Notes: a model not told the origin generated them from the letters alone. 64,000 nucleotides of DNA from Haliotis rufescens (GCF_023055435.1 NW_025963779.1:50282001-50346000); one strand, 5' to 3'. Shown: positions 1-11,003, counted from the first letter of the stretch. Translations and numbers: made by a program.

Positions 1-439
1 AAACCACTTTCCTTGATCGGCGCGGATAATTGAAAAGTTATCCATCGTTTTCAGATTACAAAGAAAGCTGAAGGATAAAAACAAGTTCTTATTATCTTGT
101 GCAAAGGATGGAGTAAAGTGGTTTGCCCCACAGGAAAGCAATGCTTTTATGCGATAAGTGGATACCCGAAAAAATATTGTCTCTAATGAGAGTTTCCCGA
201 AAATAAAACGCTTGGTGACTAAACTTAATGTGAATTTATAGTCGTTTTGTATAAAAACTATATTTTGTGTATGTATGTCTTATGTCGTCGGCGAAGTTGT
301 GAAATTCTAGCGCACATGCACTGCACATATTCCTGCATAATGCATCCACGTGATGGGAACATGGACGGCCAAACGTACATATATACAGTAACATGGTGAT
401 ATAAAATTTAATATGGAGGTTTTATTAATTAATACATAC

Positions 440-516
440 CGCTGACGGATACGAGAGAGCCAAGAATTCCATTTACAATTAGGGGAATGATGTATTTTCT
501 CTTGTGGAACACATAG
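440..516 (-). CDS. Amt: Amt A exon 7 (YVFHKRKYIIPLIVNGILGSLVSVS)
   Basis: Acceptor atttcag|C; donor G|GTATG; 77 nt, same size and phase as B exon 6. Confidence 0.85.
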
Positions 517-3500
517 CTGAAATATACAGTAGCAACAACAGAATAACTGACAGGACAAATATTTCATACGTTAAAATAAAGTAATATAAATGTGAATTTT
601 GTAATATAAAAATGTTGCTACAAAATATTTATGTTGAATTGAAAGTGAAAAATGTGTATTTTACCTGATTATAAAGGCTGTTATTCCACCGCCACACGAG
701 GAGAGAATTGTTGTTGCTGCCGCTCTTTAAATATAAAACATACAATGTATTGCAATCACATAGAAAATTACAAGTAGCTCTTAGAGTGAGGGAATGTTAT
801 TTTCCGTTGCAATCCACTATATTACAGCTGTAGTGTATAACGGCGGCCTCTAACTATCTCTGTACTAGCAAAATCCTTTCATGTAGTTGATAGCATCAGC
901 AACGATCTCTACGTCGAGTTCTTGAACACACACTCTCAACACCTGACAATAATTAAGAAATGGATAGTGTTCCCTATTCAGCCTAGGAATTCTCATTTTT
1001 GTTAATAATCCACAGTAGTTTGATATATTCATGTACGTTTCGCTAGCAGTAGTTTGCAGATCCAGATAGTTTTTGTTAATGTCGAAGAACCTGGTATTTT
1101 CCTAGAAACAAATGACGGAAAAAACTGGTAAAACTAATTTAGCTCCATTTGGAAACATAGATAAAGAGTAAAATCTTTAAAAAATAATGAAATTGTCCGA
1201 GATATTTAACTAATTTTATGCCAATTATTATCTGAAAACGACTTTTTTCATTTCCTATAAATAATTGCTGGACAAATCACAGTCATAATGTTAATTATGA
1301 ATTGATAAGTTTTTGACAACAAGTCCATCGGCACCATTATTCACTATTTCTTCATCAAAGGTGGTGATATGTAATTCTATTATTGTTAGACCTTTCAATC
1401 AAAACTTAACACTACATAATAATGATATGTGTCCCAGTTGGTATGCCCATTGGGCAAGTTCTATAAAATAAAACATACTTGAAAATAAATTTAAATAGTT
1501 TTGTTGAATGCATAATATTCAAGTTTAGCGAGTGTCAATTATATGTGCCAGGTCAGGCTCGGGCTCCCGGTTGATGCATGTCAATCGCATATATCGATGC
1601 TCATGATGTCAATAACTGCTTGTCTGGTCCAGACTCGATCATTTACAGACAATCGTCATATAACTAGAATATTGCTGAGTTCGCCGTTAAACGACAAACA
1701 AATCAGGATGTCAGATTGATGTGTTGCATTACTATTATACTTACAATAACCTTAACTCTCCAAGAATATAATCAGAAATGTTATTATAAAATATATTACT
1801 ATTTTGCAACGTATTTTGTAAAGATACAGATGTGGCGGTGTTATTGTCATTCAAAGTTGTCGTACCTTGTAGCAAGTTTCCATTTGCCTCCGCTTATTCC
1901 AAATGTGCTTCCACAGTTGAAACCTAGCCAGCCCCACCTGAAAATTGAAGGGCGGTTAAAAATATTTTGAACAATAATAAGAAATTATGATTATCATAAT
2001 GTTATCGATTTGATAAAATACATTTAATTAACATTTTCTTTCAACAGTTTATACGTATGACATAAATAATAATTGGTAATGATATTTTCTTTGAAATCTA
2101 CTATCGAACAGGGACACATATATAGAACAAATACCCACCAAAGCATGAAAAGTCCCAAGAGAGTATTTACAGGGTTGGAAGATGGTATGTGCTGGTAGAT
2201 TCTACTTTCCTTCACAAATCGACCTCTTCTGGGTTTCAACATAACCGCTGCAATGAGGGCGGTAACTCCCCCAACAAGGTGGACCGGTCCTACTCCAGCA
2301 ACATCGACCACGTAGAGCTTCTTCAACCAGCCCTCATCAGCCCACACCCAGTGTGCAGGAAAAGAGTACACGAACGTGTTGAAGAGAGAGAACACGATGT
2401 ACGCCATAAGTTTGGTCCGTTCAGCCATCGCACCTGATAATATGGCGCAAATGATAATATTATATGGCATGTCTAATTATAATGAAGGATGCCTGTAATC
2501 AAATTATTACATGTAATTCTTGTTTCAAGTTAAAGATTAAGTCTGTTGCTATCAAAATCTAACATGTAGAATTGAGCATTTTAAGCATTGGCAATTACAT
2601 TGTTTGACGCTCAATCATGCAGAACCCACAGATTATAAATATTGTATTTCATGGCAGTTACAATGATATAAACTTGTAGATATCTCTAATAACCTGATAC
2701 GACCAATTGGGAACCCGGGGTAGAATGTGTACCCCGCACCCCACTGCTGGTCGTAAGAGGCGACCAAATTGGACGCCAATCCGGGTTAGAATTAGTTTTC
2801 AGCAACCCATGCTTGTCGTAAGAGGCGACTCACGAGACCGTGTGGTCAGCGTCAGTGACGTGGAGGATGCAGGTCCAGATTAGAGCCAGACCGACCGCCA
2901 TGATGTAGATGGAATATTGCTGAGTGCAGCGTTTAACAACAAACCTGATACGATGGTTGTTGCTGTTGTCGCAAAGGAGGCTTGAAACACAAATTTGGAG
3001 TATATGGTACCAATATGTTCTCCGTCTGTAAAAAAAAAGAATGAAGAACAATGAACAGATGTGGAAGCCAATGGGACATGAAGCCAATTAAACAGGAAAA
3101 GTAATTATTGCTTGATGAGTTCATAGTAGGCGAATGGCTTCATGTCCCATTGGCTTCCACCCATGTGTTCTCTGTCCATCGTGTTGTGACGGTATTATCC
3201 CCTTGTTGTCAACACTTACCTATATTATCCCACTCATATATGCAATTGTTATTACTGTTAATCATCTACTGTTAATCCTGCACCTACTATATATATTCTG
3301 TACTATGTCCCCATTCAGTATTGCTTGACAACGGCATAAGGATCTATATCGAAACGTCGATTAAAGAAGTATTAAAGAAGTTGTTATCCATAAAATTGTG
3401 TCTACCTTGTCATCCGTCAACTTCTGAGTAATGCCTGTCAAACAATTTATGACAAATACAGGACAAAATCAGTATTATAAAACCATTCTGTCATCTCGGT

Positions 3501-4325
3501 GAACACATCGAGGAAGGTGTGTAGCAATAAGGAAAGTAAGTACTTACTGTAACTAAATTTTGGCTTTTACAAGATGCTGTACGTCTCAACAGCGAGCTTT
3601 TAAGCTAACAATAAAGACTTAAACGTTAAAATGATGACGGATTGAGTAGATTGTACGTTTTATGTGTCAACTATGTTATATTGTTGGGATTAGCTCACCT
3701 GGATTGAGAAAGAAGTAACCAACACCAGTGAAACCGTTTGCCCCTGCATCATCACCAAACGTCAAGCCGTACCCGATGGACCAGTAGGTGATCCCACCAA
3801 ACACAACGTCCACAACATTCTTCAACATGATGTTAACTTCGTTCTTCCTGCTCGCCATTCCGCTCTCCAACAACCCAAAACCTACAATACAACTCAGTTG
3901 ATATTATAATATATTTCAATTAGAAAAACCAGTTCAATCCAGTCCAACGCACAGCAATGACTGATTAAGGTTTACGCAGATTTTATGAATGTTACCTGTA
4001 TATCATGGCGGGGGACATGACTAATGGGCGTTAAATTGTAACCAGTGTCAGGAAGCGAACCTGGGCCTTTGGAGTAAGGTACTGCCCTGATCCACTCGTC
4101 TGCCACAGACTACATTACAATCAAAAGCGACAGAGCCTTTTCCACTATCGTAACAAATCTCTGCTAAAAGCAGCCCATTGCACGATTCCGACAGTATCAC
4201 GTGTTTATGAAGCACTATCAAATTACAGGTGTTCGTGAAACGGTCAGCGTATATATCCAGCCCCACAGATTGCACACGTCACAAAGAGGCATATTCATGA
4301 TTCCTCTACAGTTCGTTTGTAAGCA

Positions 4326-4378
<53 letters not shown>

Positions 4379-7300
4379 TAAAACATTTTTAACATTAGCG
4401 AAAGGTTGTCACTGAATTGTTCATATATCAAAACGAGGTGTCAAATGTATGCTTGGTTAAAAGTACAAGCTCCCTAAAATGAACCCATTCAAAGTTATAT
4501 AGCAACGGCAAAATTCACTTTTTCTCAATAAACTTTCGCAAATGCCACAACCTAACTAGGAGTTCTGAAATAATTGCAATTTGATGTTTTCTCCAGTATC
4601 ATGTGTCACAAATCCAAATCCAAGTGACAAATGCATATTGCACAGCTGCCCTGAAGGTTCTCTATCACGAACTATTTTAGCGACTTGACCGGTGTCTGGT
4701 AATTTCTGTGTAAATATGTTCAAACATGGCATGTGTATGTAAAATAACTGAAACGTATCAAATATATACAGGTGTGAACATGAACACGACACAGACAATC
4801 ATAAAGTTTGTTTCCTTTACAGCTAATCCCGCTGTAAAATATAAAAAGTCACCGCGAGAGAACAACCATTCTCGACAATCCGCCAAATCAGATTCGACTT
4901 GGCACAAAGAGGCAACATAGCTGTGAAGATATTTTGAATGAATCACTGTAAAATAGTGATAACACCAGGTCCCACTTGCACAAAGCGATCTTAGCGCTGC
5001 GACTATTGTAAGCCTATGTTAAAGCATGGGAGTTATGATCATCTTAGCGCTATGATCGCTTTGTGCAAGTGGGCCCAGGTGTTCTCGAAATGGGTAAGCA
5101 TGTGTACCTTACTGCAGGCATTTGATATATTTTACATCTCTTTCTTTCTCCATATATTGTTTATATCGGTTAAATTTTACATTACCTCTATTAGAAAACT
5201 GCTTGACTGCTTAATAAACAGACTCCTGTACAGGAGTTTAATCCCATACAAAATTGTTTTCCTACTATATCTATAATCACTCCCTATGCCACAACATTTA
5301 AATCTAGAGACCTTATCCTGATAGCTACATTATTTAGATGGATGGATACAATGTAGTCAGGTGCTTTCTTCACGATTTAAGCTGGGAATACCTTGCGGTT
5401 ACATGCATTGTTTGACGATTTACCAGACCATTAATAAATCAGTATTGTGGTTCAGGCGACCATGGTGTGTTATTGTAGCCTAGTGTTTATAAGAAAGGCA
5501 CAATCTATTTACGAACGTGGTATACGCACTGACTGACTGATACATCGATAACACGTATCTTATTTTTAATAAGTTTTAAAACCTTCACAGCGATAACGAT
5601 GTTTTCATGATAAGTGATTAAAGCCAAATAGATGCAGTTCATTGTTGTGTATACATAAAAAAAAACACATGCCATTGTTAAGCATTGTTTCCAGGTGTGG
5701 CGTAAAATCGCTGAAATCACGCTAGTTTATCATGGCATAGGCGTAAAAAAAACTACGCAGCCGTGTTGTAATGGCGACATATGTGGGATATCGCTGCCGA
5801 ACTGAGATTCAAGAAAGAGATACATCACATTGAATCGTTAACGAGACAATTGTAGTAGGACCGGAGACGCTAGGGCAACTACTAAATGTTGTCTCAGTAC
5901 CTCGCATCCTTAACATGGCAATTGTACGTACATGTAGGTGATTCGGAGAATTCTAGGACTAACGACAAAACGTTCAGAGACTTGACACCATACATCTTTG
6001 ACGTGACAATTGTAGGTGGTTTGGAGAATTCTAGGACACAACGGCGAAACGTTAAGAGATTTAGCTTCTTGTATCTTTAACATGGCTACTGTAGGTAGTT
6101 TGGGGACCGGTAGGACCACGGCAAAATTTTTTTTCTAGCCGTGAAACCTATGAAAAAAGTAAGCAATGGATAAGTGCGTTGCATGTGCTGGGGATGTTTG
6201 GCCTCCATATATAGCCTCCTCTGTCCTACTGAAATCTTGTGGTGTACGTTGCAAATATCTCTATTTGAACTTTCTGTTAAATTAATTAACTTCAGCTGAA
6301 TTGGCCAATGAATATAATCCTGAGTATGGGATTGTTATCCTTTAGAGCACGATAAGATTGAATTTACAGTTAAATATTATCCGAAACAACTCTTTTAATA
6401 TGACAACATTACTCAAATTGGTGATATATACGAAGTCTGAAACATTTTCTATCTTATGATTGACTGAATGTTTCTCTGTCGAGTAAATTACGTAAAAATA
6501 CCATCATGAACGACGGCGATCGACCGGTTACTCGAGATGCTTGATGAAGCTCTGGCTCTGAGTTTGTGGTCATCCAATGTCCAGTATCCTCTACGGTCAT
6601 TCGTTCGCATGTGTGCACCTTTGACTAACGGCAGAACTCATTAATCGCTTGGGGTCCATTTCATGAGAAGCATCCAATCATACTTATAACAGCTGCCCCC
6701 ATGGGGATCCTTGGCTAGAATAGGTCCCCAGCAAACTATGCTTGTCGTTTGGTGCAGCTAGATCAGGTTAGGTGCTCTGATTGACCGCGTGCCATCCTCC
6801 TCCGATAACAGTAATTGCTTTGTCTGATCTGGACTTGATTATTTACAGGTCAACGTCATATAGCCGGAACAATGCTCAATGCGACGTTATACAAAGAAAG
6901 CTTACAAACACCATAAACATAAATAGAAAACTACACTTAACACCCCAACACTTTACACTGGCCAGGATACACACAGACCTTCATTTCGTGCATTATGCCC
7001 TTGTCCCCGACGTAATATGTGAGAAGCTAGCATGGAGACATGGGTGCACATCCACAAATGTTTTGTTATCAGACAGGAACAAATTTATTGTAATTTAGCT
7101 GACATAATAATTGAGCTGTCTGTCACTGAATTCACGAGAACAAACCACATAGTGTAAAACGGTAAGTGTAAATCGTTTAACTCTTCATGCCAACACTATA
7201 AATAATCGTTGCCTTACTCCATGTGCCGATCAGCCGCTTGCTCCAACTGTTTCCCCATTGAATTTGTATTGAAACAAAATTCATGAGTATGCTGTACAGC

Positions 7301-7557
7301 GTGTGCCAGCAGCTCTTAAGATATGCTGTACTGTAGTGGTAAAAAACCCTTCCATGTTGGGTAATACATTGGTGCTCACAAATCGCTTTTAGTTTTAAAA
7401 TGTAAACATACGCGATAGTATCTATTTACACAATTCCCTTAGCATATTTACAAACACTATATGTATGTTATGTTGACGTCATTCTGCAAAATTGATCAGT
7501 TGATCAAACATATTTATTATGGATGATGCAAATACAGCTGATCAATAACTGTTTTAA

Positions 7558-7645
<88 letters not shown>

Positions 7646-8544
7646 AAGCACAGTAAAGTTCTAACTGTCAGGGGCAATATAGTAATAATTTAATAAGTGG
7701 AGTAAGATTGAACACAGTTTTAATTGGCTAGCGTTTCAACTCGTACCACGTACAAGTCCCATCAGGCCATAACAATCAATGAAATAACATTTCTACTATC
7801 ACAATAGTGAAGAAAACAATATGGGGAATACTTTATCTCTAGTATCTACCTTCAACCCTAATCATGAAAAAACATTATCCATGGTTCAACGATACCTGCC
7901 TTTTTTTAATCAAAATATTAAAATGGAGAAGATATTGAGCAAATACAAAATTATCAACAGCCAAAGACAACCCAAAAATCTTAATTTCTTTTGGACAAAT
8001 TCTAAATTTGATTCTGTTATCATCACTCCACAGGTTTCTAAGTGCGGTGACAGACGTTGCCTATCTTGCAGCAATATAATTGAAGGCTGTTCGGTCCAAA
8101 TTACAAGGACACTAAATTACTGTTAAACAAAATATGACTTGTGATAGTAGAAATGTTATTTACTTGATTGTTTGTAGTGGATGCATTGAAAAGTATATCG
8201 GAAAGACAGAACTTAAATTAAAAAGAAGAATGAATCTTCACCGTTCACAAATAAAGCAGCCACACAACCGCACGATTCCATTCAGTGAACATTTAGATGC
8301 ATGTGGAAGCGGCAACTTTTTAGTTTTCCCGCTATATAAGGTACATTTGGATCATGAACCTACATTGTTTCGCTGGAGTGTGTAAATACATTGTGACGTC
8401 AACGTTGTAATTTATGACGTCATCATAAGTATGCCGTCATATTATATGTCATTGTCAGTTACACTGAAGAGCTGACAGCGAAAGTACTATGTCTGAAACT
8501 GATATAAAGAAGATGATGGACTAACGTGGACCATTATTTTATTT

Positions 8545-8630
<86 letters not shown>

Positions 8631-11003
8631 TGCAAATATATTTCATCTTCATCACTCCAGACACAGAATGCTAAAATAAAAATGCGTTTCAACAAATTAT
8701 ATGTTCAGCTATACTATGTCATTGTCAGTTACACTGAAGAGCTGGAGTGGAGTAAGATTGAAGTGGAGTAAGTGGAGTAAGATTGAACACAGTTTTAATA
8801 GGCTAGCGCTTTCAACTCGTACCACGTACGAGTCTCATCAGGCCATAACTGAATAGTTCATCTTCATCACTCCAGACACAGAATGCTAAAATAAAAATGT
8901 GTTTCAACAAATTATATGTTCAGCTATACTACCCAAATTAAGGTTAATCAAGTGAATCATTTTAAAACCCTGCATTAATTAGTTCGACATCGGTATTGAG
9001 TTCGTAAATGTTCGAAAACAAAAAGGTTTCCAACCACACCACCGACGTTGTTTTGTTTTAAAATGCATTCAGAATGGCTACCGCTTCTGAAATAATCCCT
9101 GTGGCGATTTGTTTTATTTCAGGATATATGACAATTTCTTTCAGAGCTATTTCAAATGTTCGACACGTATATATACCTATGTATGAACATACTATTATAA
9201 TTATATATTGAAGACTATAGCAACGCAACGAGACGATAATGGGCTCAGATTACAACAATAATTTACGTGTAACAGAAATGTGACTTTTTTCTCAGGTACA
9301 GGCTACACTGACACAGAAAGACAATTTATTTATCCCCTTTGATATCTTATTTCCCGAAACATTGTAAAAGCATTGTCAATTATTCAAATTTTACTTGCAG
9401 TTAAAAGTATCAGCTTATTTTAAGAAAGGAAGTCCAAAAGGCGACTGGTCAGGCTCGCTGACTTGGTTGATGATGCATGTCTTCGATCCTGATTGCATGG
9501 ATCGATGCTCATGATATTAATCACTTGATTGTCTGTTCCAGATTCGATTATTTACAGACCGCCGTCAAAAAGCTCGAATATTGCTGAGTGCGGCATTAAA
9601 CAACCAATCAATCAACAAACCAAAAGGGGCGCATCTCGTAAACGTTGACCATATAGGTGAAACCTGCGAGCATGGGTATGGTAATGGTGGTTGATCAGTT
9701 CAAATCTGGCATCCTCACTAATGGTCGGCTGATTCTGACACAACTAGGGGGAGAAAGTCTGTTCAGCAAATTGTAGTGTTTTTAACCTGCCGTGTCTCGG
9801 GGTAATTAAGAATGGATTCTTCCTTGTTATGACAATAACGAAATATCGAATATGAAGTTCATAAAGAATCTAGTTGGCATATTGCAATCACGAGTGTTTA
9901 AATGACCTGATCTAATATGCCAACCAAGTACCATACCTATATTTTGTTTCACTCGGCTGTCCTTTCAAAATGAATGCCTTAAATCCAATGCAGTCGAATT
10001 TGGGATCAGAGAAATAGTTCGATTTATCCGGGGCTCGACACGTACGACCTTATTCGCGTGTGACTTAGCCATCAGGCAACAGAAAGAGACAAACCACACC
10101 GTTCATGTTATGTAAAAATCATTCATATAATAGTATCACGAAATATCTAAAGAAGATTATGCCATTTCTACATTATGCATGTATATGCATTCTACTCACA
10201 TTACTGAATTATCATGACATCATATTATAAGGCAACAATGCATAAATACATTCATTCATCAACGTAAACGATAACAGTGAACCAATCGATTTTGCATCGC
10301 CACGTCGATACATGGAGCATACATTTCTGCGATATTGGCATAAATATTAGCAATCAATACATCATATTTATAAGTCACCTTAGATTAATCGGAAATCCAC
10401 GAAATAAGAATTGTGTAGGGTATTTTTACAGCGGTGAATCAGACGATGTGACAGTGTGAATTCATATGCCTGCCATACGTATTTCCGTGACAAGACCATA
10501 TACGTATCGTTTAGTATTTGACAGCGGTTGTTCTTGAGAAACTTGGAACACGGATTGTTTTGTTATTTTCCAAATGCTGTATAAATTAGCGAAGTACAAA
10601 GAAATCTTGTTTTGGTAATATCAGCTACTACTGATTTAATGATGACGACCAGATTCATGTTTTACAGATATGGCGCTTATTTTGAGCATGATTCGTTATG
10701 TCAAGCAACGCCTTCTCGTTCAGCACCAAATTACGTTCATTTGACTGCTAACAAAAGTAGCATATATCTAACTTTTAGTCATCTCTCTGTATGCTAATTC
10801 AGTGAAACTGATCAGTTGTGATTAAAAGTTTGTATGTAGCTAAAAGCGAAAAAGCACTTACCAGACTGCATAGTAAATATGATAAAAGCACTGGTGAGAA
10901 TCCATGTAGCATCGTCCCAAGGTGAATTGGACTGAGGTGGAGTCGATTCTGTCACATTTGAAATGAAACTGTCATTCCCATACACCTCTGTTACGTTCGC
11001 CAT
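440..11003 (-). CDS. Amt: Ammonium transporter (Amt/Mep family) paralogue A, 3'-partial; coding exons 11003-10862, 3881-3699, 3025-2945, 2433-2139, 1937-1866, 724-665, 516-440; continues left of the window
   Basis: All introns are GT-AG with compatible phases. The spliced 303-aa product carries Amt motifs WDDATWILTSAFIIFTMQSGFGLLESG, KNEVNIMLKN, FQASFATTATTIVSGAMAER, PAHWVW, DVAGVGPVHLVGG, WWGWLGFNCGST and NGILGSLVS. Exon sizes (72, 60, 77 nt) match paralogue B. Confidence 0.93.
665..724 (-). CDS. Amt: Amt A exon 6 (RAAATTILSSCGGGITAFIIS)
   Basis: Acceptor tttaaag|A; donor AG|GTAA; 60 nt, same size and phase as B exon 5. Confidence 0.85.
1866..1937 (-). CDS. Amt: Amt A exon 5 (WGWLGFNCGSTFGISGGKWKLAT)
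   Basis: Acceptor ttttcag|G; donor AG|GTACG; 72 nt. Confidence 0.92.
2139..2433 (-). CDS. Amt: Amt A exon 4 (GAMAERTKL...GPVHLVGG...LLGLFMLW)
   Basis: Acceptor attatcag|GT; donor TG|GTGGGT; 295 nt; contains the first pore His. Confidence 0.93.
2703..2941 (+). mobile_element. SINE-like family B copy with doubled head, inserted at the Amt A exon 3 donor
   Basis: 12-bp TSD AACCTGATACGA at 2691-2702 and 2942-2953; family 3' end GGAATATTGCTGAGTG..TTAACAACAAAC. Confidence 0.85.
2945..3025 (-). CDS. Amt: Amt A exon 3 (DGEHIGTIYSKFVFQASFATTATTIVS)
   Basis: Acceptor tttttttacag|AC; donor TCA G|GTTTGT; 81 nt. Confidence 0.9.
3160..3430 (+). mobile_element. Probable Penelope-like terminal-repeat remnant in Amt A intron 2
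   Basis: CTTGACAACGG..CGAAACGTCG..TAAAGAAGTTG resembles a decayed PLE pLTR/hammerhead end; preceded by an inverted duplication. Confidence 0.4.
3699..3881 (-). CDS. Amt: Amt A exon 2 (GFGLLESGMASRKNEVNIMLKN...YFFLNP)
   Basis: Acceptor ttgtattgtag|GT; donor CCA G|GTGAG; 183 nt. Confidence 0.93.
4969..5075. mobile_element. 107-bp PIF/Harbinger-type MITE
   Basis: 30-bp TIRs matching at 28/30 positions, 3-bp CAG TSD; a related empty site is visible at about 36963-37020. Confidence 0.8.
5846..6130. repeat. Degenerate tandem repeat, about 78 bp by 3-4 copies
   Basis: TGTAGGTG.TT.GGAGAATTCTAGGAC at 5933 and 6011, with diverged copies near 5851 and 6090. Confidence 0.65.
7559..7644. repeat. (CT)n(TA)n microsatellite; other (TA)n at 4331-4375, 8548-8626, 22671-22729, 22967-23014, 57574-57625
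   Basis: Direct reading. Confidence 0.95.
7725..7769 (-). ncRNA. Second, degenerate copy of the same hammerhead
   Basis: UGGC-CUGAUGG-GACUUGUAC-GUG-GUACGAGUU-GAAA-CGC-UA-GCCA; core A9 changed to G and stem III lacks one G. Confidence 0.6.
8454..8503 (+). ncRNA. Type I hammerhead-like motif at the PLE 3' end (degenerate stem III)
   Basis: GUCAGUUACA-CUGAAGA-GCUGACAGC-GAAA-GUACUAU-GUC^-UGAAACUGAU; stem I pairs at 9 of 10 positions. Confidence 0.6.
8801..8844 (-). ncRNA. Minimal type I hammerhead ribozyme motif
   Basis: GGC-CUGAUGA-GACUCGUAC-GUG-GUACGAGUU-GAAA-GCGC-UA^-GCC; complete core, 9-bp stem II, palindromic AGCGCU stem III. Confidence 0.8.
10862..11003 (-). CDS. Amt: Amt A exon 1 (MANVTEVYGN...WDDATWILTSAFIIFTMQS)
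   Basis: ATG at 11003; donor TCT G|GTAAGT; 142 nt, phase 1. Confidence 0.9.

Larger units (their letters stand above)
7691..8930 (+). mobile_element. Penelope-like element relic (GIY-YIG endonuclease region, disrupted) with rearranged terminal repeats
   Basis: ORFs 7821-8126 (..CGDRRCLSC..) and 8134-8385 (NVIYLIVCSGCIEKYIGKT..RRMNLHRS), which are the PLE linker and GIY-YIG domain; hammerhead motifs in the flanks; internal duplications. Confidence 0.85.

Noticed and set aside
1-439. Next Amt A exon (IDDPV-containing)
   Set aside because: No matching sequence found; it presumably lies left of the window.
3110-3140. Hammerhead-like CTTGATGAG..CGAA in the loop of the 26-bp hairpin
   Set aside because: The core is non-canonical, stem II is weak, and there is no matching stem I or cleavage triplet.
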